64,000 nucleotides of DNA from Chloroflexota bacterium (GTDB lineage Bacteria; Chloroflexota; Dehalococcoidia; Lucifugimonadales; UBA3495): NCBI GenBank assembly GCA_009840135.1, contig VXOH01000101.1:8106-72105 (forward strand), read 5' to 3'. Below the pieces are notes generated by a model. The model did not search any database, was not told where the DNA came from, and worked only from the letters and a program-made list of their open reading frames with translations. Of the stretch, positions 1-8,963 are shown in pieces. The translations under genes were made by a program, and so were the position numbers. Position 1 is the stretch's first letter. Every line of letters begins with the position of its first letter.

Positions 1-536
1 AGGCTCCCGGCCGGGTCCGACCGCCCCAGGCCGACACTCCCAACGTAAACGAATGGAATGGCACCCGCCTGCCAGGGATGTCCCGGACGGGGGGGAATAA
101 TGCCTATTTCCGCAGCACCCGGTGGGCCGTCCCGGTCGAGGAAGGCCTGACCCGCATGGTTTACCTCAATGTGGAACGGTACGGTAAGAAACCCAGCCCG
201 ATGCGCCGCCTATGGAGCTCGGTTTCGTGGCCCTACCGGAACTGGGAGCTGAATTTTAACTTCCGCAACCAGGACTACGACGCGGAGAAATACGTGCAGT
301 ACGATTTCCCCGAATATCTCTCGTCCACCGACTCGGTGGTGGTGGCCATGCGCCGCCTGTTCGTGGAGCACAACCGCGACGTACAGCGTCGCCGCGCCCG
401 CGAGGAGGAACTGCCGGAAAGGCCGGAGGAAACGGTGGCCGAGCAGATGGTCCGGGAGGGCGACGCCCGAGTGGCCGAGGCCAGCGAGTCCTTTGACATC
501 GACCGGTTGCAGGAGGAGTTGCTGCGGCAGGTTTAG
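1..536 (+). CDS. Rieske-type non-heme iron oxygenase alpha subunit, C-terminal fragment (5' end outside window)
   Basis: The frame of ORF 78..536 stays open back to nt 3, so the gene enters from the left edge. The translation carries a KshA/PaO-like C-terminal pattern, NQDYDAEKYVQYDFPEYLSSTDSVVVAMRRLF. Confidence 0.5.
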   Translation, partial: APGRVRPPQADTPNVNEWNGTRLPGMSRTGGNNAYFRSTRWAVPVEEGLTRMVYLNVERYGKKPSPMRRLWSSVSWPYRNWELNFNFRNQDYDAEKYVQYDFPEYLSSTDSVVVAMRRLFVEHNRDVQRRRAREEELPERPEETVAEQMVREGDARVAEASESFDIDRLQEELLRQV

Positions 537-1112
537 GCAGCCGGGAGACCCTTCATTTCGCACCTTTAATCCCCTTCGACTTACCGGTCGGAGGGGATAT
601 TCTTTCACGGGATTTTGGGGCAGGATCGGTTGGGGAAAACACCGGGGAAGAAGGGCGCGGGCCAAGAACGGACCGGGTCTGGGCCGGAAAAAGTTCAAGC
701 CTGCGCCTTGCCTATGCCCGAATCGTGGCCGAGTCCAAATTTGCAGCAGGAGATGTTCGATGGGTTCGATACCACCAGTGCGCTGACCTGCTTTGCCAGC
801 ATTCCGGCCGAAGTGAAATTGCTGCACGATTTTGAGTTCGCAGCCTTCATCGGGGTTGCCAGTGTTCCCCAAGGGCGCCAGGCCCATATCATGCTGGGTT
901 AAGGGCGAAGCGTTGTAATCGGACCAGATCTGACCTGATTGTCTGCCCTTGCAAGAGTACCGGCCAATCCAACAAACGCGAAGAGCTGCCGCTAAATTGC
1001 CGATTATTGACAACCTCGTCAAACAAGGTAGAGACTATTTATTGAAGTCACCAATAAAGCCTCAGTAGGCCAGCAACATTGTTCTGACGGTTGGTAAGGG
1101 CCTCAGATTCAT

Positions 1113-1167
1113 GGTTCGACAAGCTCACCACGAACGGACGCCCTTGGACAAGTTCAGGGTGAGCTGG
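1113..1167. repeat. REP-like GC-rich repeat (two tandem half-sites)
   Basis: The 25-nt core at 1113-1137 (GGTTCGACAAGCTCACCACGAACGG) is the exact reverse complement of 28663-28687. A related half-site lies at 61226-61250. Spurious ORF 1048..1257 reads through it as VVSLSNHE. Confidence 0.7.
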
Positions 1168-1246
1168 ACACAACCATAACGTCAAAGTTGCTGGACTGCT
1201 AGATATAACCGGCTCTATCCCCTCCAGCCCCGAGGTTCTTTCACCC

Positions 1247-2854
1247 ATGCCTGCCAACGCCTACTGGATTCTTTGCGTCTTTATCGCCTATTTCGTAGTG
1301 CTCATCGGAATTGCGATTGTGCGGTCGAGGCACATGGACGACATGTCCGATTACGTGCTGGGCGGCCGCAAGATGGGCTTAATTACGTCGGGGCTCAGCG
1401 CCGCCTCATCGGCCGCCAGCGGGTGGACCATGCTGGTCTTGCCGGCCCTGGCCTTTGCCGCGGGAATGATGCATTTGTGGACCGTGGCCAGCATCATTCT
1501 GGGCCACTGGTTTGCCTGGACTATCATGGCCCGCCGAATCCGGCGGTACAGTATCGCCGCTGACAACTCGCTCACCCTGCCCGAATTCCTGGAGAAACGC
1601 TTCGGGGACACCAGCGGAGCGCTCCGGACCCTGTCCGGCCTGATTGGAATCTATTTCATTACCCTCTACGTCTGCTCCGGCCTCATCGCCGGCGCCAAGC
1701 TGCTGGAGGTGGTATTCGGTCTGGACGATACCGGACAGGGCCACAACATCGGCGTAATCATTTCGCTGATTGCCGTTGTGTCCTACACCTTTATCGGGGG
1801 CTTCCTGGCAGTTTCCCGCACGGACGTATTCCAGTCCCTGATAATGCTGGCCGGTTTTATCATTATTCCGGTGACATTGATCCTGACCGTGAACAACCCC
1901 TTCCAGGGGCTGGAGAGCACCGCCCCGGGATTCTGGGACCCCTTTACCGACCAGGGCAACACCAAACTGGGATTCCTGTTCTTCATATCCTCCGTAGGTT
2001 GGGGGCTGGGTGCTCTTGGCGCGCACCGCATTATTTCCCGATTCATGGCTGTCCAGCGGGAAAGTGACATTAGACGCAGTAGAAACGTGGGCGCAGTGTG
2101 GGTGGTGTTGATCTTCCTGTTCGCCCTGTTGATGGGCCTGGTGGCGGCCCCTGCCCTTCTGGACCGGGGCATAGTGCTGCCTGACGCCGAGAAACTTTAC
2201 ATTGTAGTGGCCGAGACCTTCTTCCACCCGGTGGTTGCCGGCCTGCTGCTTACCGCGGTCATAGCCGCCGTAATGAGCACGGCGGACTCGCAACTGCTCC
2301 TGGCCTCAGCCATAGCGACTGACGACCTGCCCATCATCAAACGTATCACTTACGCTATGCGAACCCAATACCGGGTCTGGATGGGCAGGGGGATGCTGCT
2401 GCTGGTAGGCATCATTGCGGCCGCAATATCCATAGTTTCTCCCGAGTCGGTTTTCGCCCTGGTATCCCTGGCATGGGGAGGTATGGGAGCCGCCTTCGGA
2501 CCGGCCCTGATCCTGGGGCTTTACTGGCGCCGCTTCAACCGTTGGGGAGCGCTGGCCGCCGTTGTTTCCGGTACGGTCGTTTCTACCTGGTGGTGGCTAA
2601 TGGGACTTGGTTACGAGGGCGCAGAAACCCTGACTGACCTGCTGGGGTTCCACGCGACCATTGAGCTTATGGGGGAAGTCGGGCTGTGGCAGATTAACCC
2701 CGGTGTGCCGGGATTCGCTGTCGCCGCCGTATTCGGTGTAGCGACGGCCCTCCTGACGGCGCCGCCGCCGGAAGAGGTCACCGAACTTTATGACCATGTG
2801 AACGGACCCGACTGGACGGAAGACAGCGAGGCCGCCCTGACCGGGCAGGCCTAG
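1247..2854 (+). CDS. sodium:solute symporter (SSF family), PutP-like
   Basis: 535 aa and polytopic. The N-terminus ([10 protein letters not shown] ... [20 protein letters not shown]) parallels sodium/proline symporters. Confidence 0.85.
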   Translation: MPANAYWILCVFIAYFVVLIGIAIVRSRHMDDMSDYVLGGRKMGLITSGLSAASSAASGWTMLVLPALAFAAGMMHLWTVASIILGHWFAWTIMARRIRRYSIAADNSLTLPEFLEKRFGDTSGALRTLSGLIGIYFITLYVCSGLIAGAKLLEVVFGLDDTGQGHNIGVIISLIAVVSYTFIGGFLAVSRTDVFQSLIMLAGFIIIPVTLILTVNNPFQGLESTAPGFWDPFTDQGNTKLGFLFFISSVGWGLGALGAHRIISRFMAVQRESDIRRSRNVGAVWVVLIFLFALLMGLVAAPALLDRGIVLPDAEKLYIVVAETFFHPVVAGLLLTAVIAAVMSTADSQLLLASAIATDDLPIIKRITYAMRTQYRVWMGRGMLLLVGIIAAAISIVSPESVFALVSLAWGGMGAAFGPALILGLYWRRFNRWGALAAVVSGTVVSTWWWLMGLGYEGAETLTDLLGFHATIELMGEVGLWQINPGVPGFAVAAVFGVATALLTAPPPEEVTELYDHVNGPDWTEDSEAALTGQA

Positions 2855-4182
2855 CCCCCTTTGCCTGGACCGGAATGCCGGTTCTCAGGTATGGGCAGTC
2901 CCAGGTTTCCGTGGAGAGTATCCGCCTCGTACTCGGTGCGGAAAATTCCGCGCTCCTTCAGGATGGGCACTACCAGATCGAGGAAGTCGGTAAAGCCCAC
3001 AGGGAGAACCGAGTTATTCACCATGAAGCCATCTGCGCCGCCGCCTTCAAGCCAGGACTGCATGGTGTCCGCCACCTGGGTCGGTGTGCCAATAAAGTTG
3101 GGACGGGGGGTGGTTGTGCGTAATGCCACTTCCCGCAGGGTCAGCCGCTCTTCGCGGGCCATTTGCTTCAGGCGGTCGGTGGCGCTTTCCCAACCGTTTC
3201 GCCCGTAATCTCCCAGGTCGGGGAAGGGCCCGTCCAGGTCAAACTGGGCAAAATCCAGGTCGTCGAAACAGCGACCCAGGTAATTGAGAGCGTCATCAAT
3301 ACTGACCAGGTCCACAATTTCCCGGTACTTTCGGTCTGATTCCTCTTTTGTATGACCTACTATGGGGGCGCACCCAGGCAGGATAAGAACCTCCTCGGGG
3401 TTGCGTCCATACTCCGCAGCCCGCCCCTTAACGTCATTGTAGAAGCTCCTTGCAGCCTCCAGGCTCGGCTGGCCGGTGAAAATCACGTCGGCATGGCGGG
3501 CGGCAAAGCTGCGGCCAGCCTCGGAGGAGCCGGCCTGGATGAGCACCGGGCGGCCCTGAGGGGAACGGGATATGTTAAGGGGGCCTTGCACCGCATAGTA
3601 TTGCCCAACGTGGTTGACGCGGTGCATCTTGCCGGGGTCGAAGAATACCCCGGCATCCTTGTCAAAGACAAAGGCGTCGTCCTCCCAGGAGTCCCATAGC
3701 CTCTTGGTAACTTCGACGAACTCGTGGGCCATTTCGTAGCGCAGATCGTGGGGCGGGTGTTCGGGCTTGCCGTAGTTCAGGGCCGAGCCCTCCAGCGGCG
3801 AGGTGACAATATTCCAGCCGGCCCTTCCGCCGCTGATGTGGTCTATGGACATGAACTGCCGGGCCACGGTGAAGGGCTCGCTGTAGGTGGTGGACAGGGT
3901 GGCGGCCACTCCTATGTGGGTTGTATCCATGGCCAGCGCAGCAAGCAGAGTGAGGGGCTCGAAGCGGTTCAGGAAAATGGGATGCGACTTTTCGCTGATG
4001 TAAAGGCCATCACCGAAGAATACGAAATCCAGCTTGGCCTCTTCAGCCCTTCGGGTCAGGTCCCGGTAATATTGAAGGTTGATGGGGCCATCGGGAACGG
4101 CCTGGGGATGGCGCCACGAGGCCATGTTGCTGCCCGTACCGGAGAAAAAGGCTCCCAGCCGGAGTTTTCGGTTGGCGGTCAT
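2851..4182 (-). CDS. NtaA/SnaA/DszA-family FMN-dependent monooxygenase (LLM superfamily)
   Basis: 443 aa. Family-typical stretches: [20 protein letters not shown] and [35 protein letters not shown]. Confidence 0.85.
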   Translation of the reverse strand: MTANRKLRLGAFFSGTGSNMASWRHPQAVPDGPINLQYYRDLTRRAEEAKLDFVFFGDGLYISEKSHPIFLNRFEPLTLLAALAMDTTHIGVAATLSTTYSEPFTVARQFMSIDHISGGRAGWNIVTSPLEGSALNYGKPEHPPHDLRYEMAHEFVEVTKRLWDSWEDDAFVFDKDAGVFFDPGKMHRVNHVGQYYAVQGPLNISRSPQGRPVLIQAGSSEAGRSFAARHADVIFTGQPSLEAARSFYNDVKGRAAEYGRNPEEVLILPGCAPIVGHTKEESDRKYREIVDLVSIDDALNYLGRCFDDLDFAQFDLDGPFPDLGDYGRNGWESATDRLKQMAREERLTLREVALRTTTPRPNFIGTPTQVADTMQSWLEGGGADGFMVNNSVLPVGFTDFLDLVVPILKERGIFRTEYEADTLHGNLGLPIPENRHSGPGKGG

Positions 4183-5258
4183 GTCCGAGCCTCCGACGCA
4201 CCAGGACGGCTATGGAAGGAGTTATCCGGCTTTTTCAGCATTTCCTCGGCCAGGAGTTGGTAGGAGCGCAGCCGATCGGGGAAGTTGTCTATGGCAGTAA
4301 CCACAAATATTTCATCCACGCCGTATCGGCATCTAACGTCGGTCAATCGCTGCTTTACTTTTGAGGGAGCGCCATGTATGACGTTTGCCCGTTGAACCTC
4401 GTAGGTAAATTCCTCTCCTGACTGACGGCCAAACTCCCGGGCGGCCTCTTCGGAAAATACGGTGAAAGACCGTCCGCTGGCCAGCCGGATTCGCACAACA
4501 TTAACGGACTCCGCATGCCTGGAGGCTTCAATTTCAGTGTCAGCCACAATGACGGGCAGGGCAAGCATGGCCCGGGGCTGGAAATCGGAGAATCCGGTGG
4601 ACAGCTCGAAATAGGTGTCAATGGCTGCCCGCATTTCCGCCTCGTTACCGTTGAGGAACATGGCGAAGACGTAGGGCAATTTCAGCCTGGCCGCCATTTC
4701 GCCGCTGGAAGGAGTAGTGCCCAGCAGGAACAGGTCCGCGGGCTGGGACGGCGCCGGCGAAGCGATGAGGCCATTCTGCCCGGCAGCATCGCCGCCCCGA
4801 TCACCCTGGTTGCCTGTAAACCTCCTTAGTTCAACCACCTTTTCTTCCAGGGGCACAGGCGCCGGCCCGTTCACTGGGTAGGGTCGCAGCGCGGAAGTAG
4901 TACTCGGCATACCCCCGGGTCCTCGCCCAATTCCCAGGTCAACCCGACCAGGGGCCAATGATGCCAGCACATTGAAATTCTCGGCCACCTTGTAGGGGCT
5001 GTAATGCTGCAGCATAACGCCGCCCGAACCTACCCTGATATGATCGGTGCGGGCCAGCAGGTGAGATATGAGGACCTCCGGCGAGGAACCCATGTTTCGG
5101 CTGGAGCCATGGTGCTCGGCGACCCAGAATCGGTGATAGCCCCACTCTTCAGCCCGCTGGGCCAGCTTGATGGTGTGGGCCAGCGCCTCGCCCGGGGTCT
5201 CACCGTCTGCCGCAGGGCTTTGGTCCAGCACACTCAATTTCAAGGGGATTTCTTCCAT
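4179..5258 (-). CDS. LLM-class flavin-dependent oxidoreductase (luciferase family, group 1-like)
   Basis: 359 aa with [18 protein letters not shown] and [13 protein letters not shown]. Its stop overlaps the downstream start by 4 nt (ATGA on the minus strand, 4179-4182). Confidence 0.85.
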   Translation of the reverse strand: MEEIPLKLSVLDQSPAADGETPGEALAHTIKLAQRAEEWGYHRFWVAEHHGSSRNMGSSPEVLISHLLARTDHIRVGSGGVMLQHYSPYKVAENFNVLASLAPGRVDLGIGRGPGGMPSTTSALRPYPVNGPAPVPLEEKVVELRRFTGNQGDRGGDAAGQNGLIASPAPSQPADLFLLGTTPSSGEMAARLKLPYVFAMFLNGNEAEMRAAIDTYFELSTGFSDFQPRAMLALPVIVADTEIEASRHAESVNVVRIRLASGRSFTVFSEEAAREFGRQSGEEFTYEVQRANVIHGAPSKVKQRLTDVRCRYGVDEIFVVTAIDNFPDRLRSYQLLAEEMLKKPDNSFHSRPGASEART

Positions 5259-5395
5259 TGGGCATGACTCGAAAGCGTTCTACCCCGGGAATGTCCTCCA
5301 TGTCTGAAGGAGGGTACAGGCGGGTTCACCTGTGGGCAATGTCAGAGGATTCTATCACAGTGTGTGGCACAGGGTGAGGGACAGGGTGAGGGACA

Positions 5396-5590
5396 CAGGG
5401 TAATCGCATTTTAGATTCAGGCCATAGCTGGCAATAATTCACAGGTGGAAAGACTGTCGCCTTGAGCCTGCCGAAGGGCCTAAAATTCTACCCTTCAAAC
5501 CCATTACGGGCTCGAAAGATGGCCTGTGGGATGGAGTTTAGATTCTTCGGCTTCGCTCAGAATGACGACAACCATAATGCGATTGCCCTG
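5396..5590. mobile_element. MITE-like non-autonomous element (195 bp)
   Basis: 15-bp terminal inverted repeats: CAGGGTAATCGCATT (5396-5410) and AATGCGATTGCCCTG (5576-5590), matching 14/15. A perfect 10-bp direct repeat GTGAGGGACA flanks it at 5386-5395 and 5591-5600. There is no coding capacity. Confidence 0.5.
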
Positions 5591-5652
5591 GTGAGGGACA
5601 GGATGAGGCAAGGGGCTCAACCGGAGACAATCGCACCAAGACAGCGTTTGAC

Positions 5653-6093
5653 TCACCCGCCCCGGTCCCGGGCCAGAAAGCCCATCTCATGTACGTGGTC
5701 CGCCATTTCCATGGCCTGGCTGGAGCCTTCGCCACGGACCCTCAAGGACATCACATGGGCCACGTTATAGACGCAAACGGGGTTGGCCAGGGTGAATGCC
5801 TTCGCCCTGCCGATTCCCATCATCGCCTCCACGGGAGCACGCAGCACGGGATCCATCATTCTTTCAAATTCCTGCTGGTTTCTGACGTGGCCAATGGGGT
5901 ACCTGTGCTCGACAGTCAGCCCATTGGCCAGGGTCACGGTGATAACAATAATGTCAACTTGCGGTGGGTTGCTCAGCAAGGCAAGGCACTCCCCGTTCCG
6001 GTCGGATGCACGCGGCATAAAGGGCTTACAGTAAGAGTATCTACCCATTAACCGGGATTGCGCAACCTCGCAATCGGGTTGAGAATTCTCCAT
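5653..6093 (-). CDS. hypothetical protein
   Basis: 146-aa ORF with no recognisable motifs. There is no clear SD at any of the candidate ATGs (6093, 6048, 6018). It is divergent from the orphan gene at 6377. Confidence 0.4.
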   Translation of the reverse strand: MENSQPDCEVAQSRLMGRYSYCKPFMPRASDRNGECLALLSNPPQVDIIVITVTLANGLTVEHRYPIGHVRNQQEFERMMDPVLRAPVEAMMGIGRAKAFTLANPVCVYNVAHVMSLRVRGEGSSQAMEMADHVHEMGFLARDRGG

Positions 6094-6138
6094 TGACCTG
6101 GGCGCATGAGGGGGCCTGGCAGGGACGAACGGAGGAAT

Positions 6139-6166
6139 TTAACCATAAACGGCTTTATGTTAGACT
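6139..6166 (+). promoter_or_regulatory. candidate sigma70-type promoter (TTAACC-16-TAGACT)
   Basis: -35 TTAACC at 6139-6144, 16-nt spacer, -10 TAGACT at 6161-6166. It sits upstream of a terminator-like hairpin and the 6377 gene. Confidence 0.3.
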
Positions 6167-6219
6167 AGTAAAAGTTTCGCCTTACATGGGGCGAGGCAAG
6201 GCCTGCTGGCCGTCTATTT

Positions 6220-6250
6220 GCGGCGACGGGAACACGCCGCCTTCTTTTTT
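6220..6250 (+). terminator. intrinsic-terminator-like hairpin plus T-tract in the leader of the 6377 gene
   Basis: Stem GCGGCG (6220-6225) / CGCCGC (6235-6240), 9-nt loop, then CTTCTTTTTT (6241-6250). It lies 126 nt upstream of ATG 6377. Confidence 0.4.
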
Positions 6251-6376
6251 CGCACGGGCCGGCAGGGTGTCGGCAAGTGTCGACTCAATTGCATTGTAAG
6301 GGTTCGGGTGTGGGGTAGTGGCGCATACACTTTTGCCTGCCTCTCAGAGCAAATCCGGAAAAGGAGGAACCCAGGA

Positions 6377-8296
6377 ATGGCCAGCCAAACGTCAGCTTCC
6401 GGCCACCCTCCCAGTTTATCCTCCTGCTTGACCGCAGCCCAGGAATGGCTGCACGAAGATTATGCCGCATCGATAGTGTGGCAAGTTCTGGATGCGCGAG
6501 AACAGCTTCCCGCCGAGATCAAACGTGCTCTCGACGCCGCCATCAGGAGCAGTTCGGTCAAAGTACCGGGCGCCGCCTTCCAACTCCAGGATGTCCAGGA
6601 TGCCCCGACTCACCACCTGCATACTCCCGTCTTTCGCAAAATGCAAGTTTCCGATGAGTTGACCGAGGCGGTCCTGCGCGCCTGGGTTGCCATCCAGGGA
6701 CAACTCTACGAGAGCGTAGTCCAGCACCTGCAATGGAATGACGAACCCACCTACGGGCCCGACCGGCAAGAGCGAACATTTCGGGGCTACTGGGATGTCA
6801 GGGACTGGCAAACGAACTTCAATCAATTCCTGGCAGACCGCACGGGATTCGACCAGAACGACGTTGGTCTCATGCTTTGGTACGTTTCGGGCAAGTTGCC
6901 GCCGCCGATTGCTGAAGTGGAAGACCCTTCGGACCGGGTTGATTTTGAACGCTGGAGGGAGCTGCTACTCGCCCTCTCCCCGGACGCTCCTCAGTGGGAA
7001 AACGCCCTGCTTTTTGCCGATGCCATCTCGGAAATCGTGGACGAGAAGGAGCGGCAACGGGCCAGGAACGCGGTCAACCAACTGAAGACCAAGCTTGAGG
7101 ACATTTGGCTCGAGTACTCGGATGAGTTGATCTACCTGGAGAAGAACATCGGCCTCTGGGGCTCCCGAAGCAAGATTCAGCCGGAAGTGGCCCTGCAGAC
7201 CCTGGCGGAAGTGAACAACCTGGAGTCATTGCTCAGCCAGTACCGACCCATCAGGGACCAGGCCCAGAGCCGGAGCGTGGAAACCACCCGCGCCGGCAGA
7301 AGGGCGGAACTTGAAGCTGAAATTATCTCCACGGTCAATGAACTGGAACCTATCCTGGCGCCCTCGGGCGAGGCGGAATTCCTGGATTTACCGGTTATGG
7401 ACTCCATTAAGTCCCTTGAGGACGTCGAACCGGCCGATACTGTTGAATCCGTTGGCGCCGCTGATTCCATTGATGCCTTCGCACCGGTTGTGCCGGTCGA
7501 GAACGAAACCTTGCAGCCGGTGGAAGAGGGGGACTTCCTGCCCGCCTCTTTCGAGGAATCCGAAATTGAGGCGGCCTTCGAGGAGTTGCTGGACATAGAA
7601 GTTACTGGCTGCGACGAGGAAGATGTTCTCCCCGAAGTACAATTGCCATCCCTGGATCCCTACCAGGGGCCAGCCAGCGAAGTTGATGAAGATGGGGGCG
7701 TCAATGCATCCATCCTCGCGGGGCTCCAGTCACTCCAGCAAGACCTGGAGCAACTTAGGGCCCAGCTGGTTACGCCCGCCGATGAAAGGGCTGAGGGAGG
7801 CACGAATTCAGCCGGTAAGGCAGGGCAGGTGGAAGAGGATGGGGCTCTCCCCGCAATTGATGGAATGGCAGCGGTCGTAAAGGAAGCGGAGGAACGCTTT
7901 CCCAGGCAGTTGATGTTTCGCCTGAGCGCGGAGTCCTGGGTGCTCGGCAATCCTTACGAAGATTCGCAGGCTGTTCTCGACGCTCTGGCGTGGCTGGCCA
8001 CCACCTATGTGGCGGCGCGCTCGGGCGACATGGACTTAGCCGCGATGAGCGATTCCCTCTACAGGGCATGCCGATGGAAATACTCAAACAACCAGCATGA
8101 CGGGATATTCTTTCAGAACGAGGGACGTTACCGAATGCTGGTCAATGGAAAAGCCTATTCTCTTAACGAGACCATCGGCCGGGGTTCGGGAGACGACCCG
8201 GTGAATGCTATCCGGATAGCATTCTACTGGGACCGCCAGAGGGAGCGGGTGGTAATCGGCTATATAGGCCAGCCCCAATTGACCGGTAAGGGTTAA
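6377..8296 (+). CDS. large orphan protein (639 aa): coiled-coil, hyper-acidic linker, unassigned C-terminal module
   Basis: ATG 6377 is preceded by AAGGAGGA (6361-6368); the ORF-track start at 6218 has no RBS. No family motif recognised. The D/E/P/V-rich segment is encoded at about nt 7381-7700. Confidence 0.75.
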   Translation: MASQTSASGHPPSLSSCLTAAQEWLHEDYAASIVWQVLDAREQLPAEIKRALDAAIRSSSVKVPGAAFQLQDVQDAPTHHLHTPVFRKMQVSDELTEAVLRAWVAIQGQLYESVVQHLQWNDEPTYGPDRQERTFRGYWDVRDWQTNFNQFLADRTGFDQNDVGLMLWYVSGKLPPPIAEVEDPSDRVDFERWRELLLALSPDAPQWENALLFADAISEIVDEKERQRARNAVNQLKTKLEDIWLEYSDELIYLEKNIGLWGSRSKIQPEVALQTLAEVNNLESLLSQYRPIRDQAQSRSVETTRAGRRAELEAEIISTVNELEPILAPSGEAEFLDLPVMDSIKSLEDVEPADTVESVGAADSIDAFAPVVPVENETLQPVEEGDFLPASFEESEIEAAFEELLDIEVTGCDEEDVLPEVQLPSLDPYQGPASEVDEDGGVNASILAGLQSLQQDLEQLRAQLVTPADERAEGGTNSAGKAGQVEEDGALPAIDGMAAVVKEAEERFPRQLMFRLSAESWVLGNPYEDSQAVLDALAWLATTYVAARSGDMDLAAMSDSLYRACRWKYSNNQHDGIFFQNEGRYRMLVNGKAYSLNETIGRGSGDDPVNAIRIAFYWDRQRERVVIGYIGQPQLTGKG

Positions 8297-8314
8297 ACGC
8301 CCTTGACAGTGACA

Positions 8315-8878
8315 CTACCAAAGTTCCCCGCCAGGCCGCCACTCCACCGAAAGGTCCACGTCCAGGTCCAGTGCGGGAGAGGCGGGAAGCCGCATAATCA
8401 TGATGCGCTCTTCGGGTGTGGCAATCAGCCGGGCAGGTTCGGTCGCCGATGGACGCGGTTGACGGACGAATAGGGGCCCCCTCCAGTACTCCCAGCCCAA
8501 ATGCTCATACAGCCGAGTTTCCGCGGGGCACAGGGCTGCAAGCTCATAGCCGTCCAGAAGGATGGCCCGGGTCAGTACACGCATAAGCGACCGGCCCACT
8601 CCTTTTCCTCTCCACTCCCGGGCAGTCGCCATCATTTCCACGTAACCCGTCCGTAACAACGGCCCATTTCCCGCCTGCAGCCACCTGGTAACAACCATGG
8701 CATGGCTGATGAGCTTGTCGTCCAGACGGGCTAACACATGGAAGCCGGGATGGTAGACGGCGAAGAGCCGTGAGAGATCTTCACCGTATGCCTCTTCGCA
8801 AAAGAGATGTATCTCTCTCTTTTCGGCCGGCGCCATTTCCTGTGAGTCTTTCACCTCAATTCTCAAGGTGTCTATCAT
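8315..8878 (-). CDS. GNAT acetyltransferase, AAC(2')-like aminoglycoside N-acetyltransferase family
   Basis: 187 aa with the GNAT core WRGKGVGRSLM. The C-terminal tail (LDVDLSVEWRPGGELW) resembles the ...CDWRAGDVW end of AAC(2') enzymes. Confidence 0.65.
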   Translation of the reverse strand: MIDTLRIEVKDSQEMAPAEKREIHLFCEEAYGEDLSRLFAVYHPGFHVLARLDDKLISHAMVVTRWLQAGNGPLLRTGYVEMMATAREWRGKGVGRSLMRVLTRAILLDGYELAALCPAETRLYEHLGWEYWRGPLFVRQPRPSATEPARLIATPEERIMIMRLPASPALDLDVDLSVEWRPGGELW

Positions 8879-8894
8879 CTAAAGGATGTGAAAG

Positions 8895-8924
8895 CCCCCG
8901 CGCCATGGCTGGACGGCGCGGGGG
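8895..8924 (-). terminator. GC-rich hairpin downstream of the NHL gene
   Basis: CCCCCGCGCC (8895-8904) pairs with GGCGCGGGGG (8915-8924). It lies 40 nt after the minus-strand stop at 8964. Confidence 0.5.
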
Positions 8925-8963
8925 CAAGCAGTTCTGAAGAATCAGTGTGGAGCGAGAGACCGC

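Noticed and set aside
762-776. GGGTTCGATACCACC resembles a tRNA T-arm/T-loop.
   Set aside because: The flanking bases cannot form a 5-bp T-stem, an acceptor stem or an anticodon arm. No other tRNA-like GTTCGAATC/GGTTCGA contexts in the window fold either.
210-1022. 270-aa minus-strand ORF overlapping the Rieske gene end and the following spacer.
   Set aside because: It runs antisense to a gene with a clear family signature. The translation is Arg/Pro/Gly-rich and low-complexity, as expected for off-frame reading of GC-rich DNA. There is no RBS.
1048-1257. 69-aa minus-strand ORF containing VVSLSNHE.
   Set aside because: It is a translation of the REP-like repeat at 1113-1167, and it overlaps the symporter start.
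5462-5770. 102-aa ORF (…MEFRFFGFAQNDDNHN…) in the spacer upstream of the LLM operon.
   Set aside because: It reads through the MITE-like element. The peptide is the typical artefact of translating dispersed repeats, and there is no RBS.
6218-6376. ORF-track start of the orphan gene at 6218 (adds 53 aa, MRRREHAAFFFRTGRQ...).
   Set aside because: This start lies at the 5' edge of the terminator-like hairpin (6220-6250), which the extension reads through, and has no RBS. ATG 6377 has a consensus AAGGAGGA at the optimal distance.
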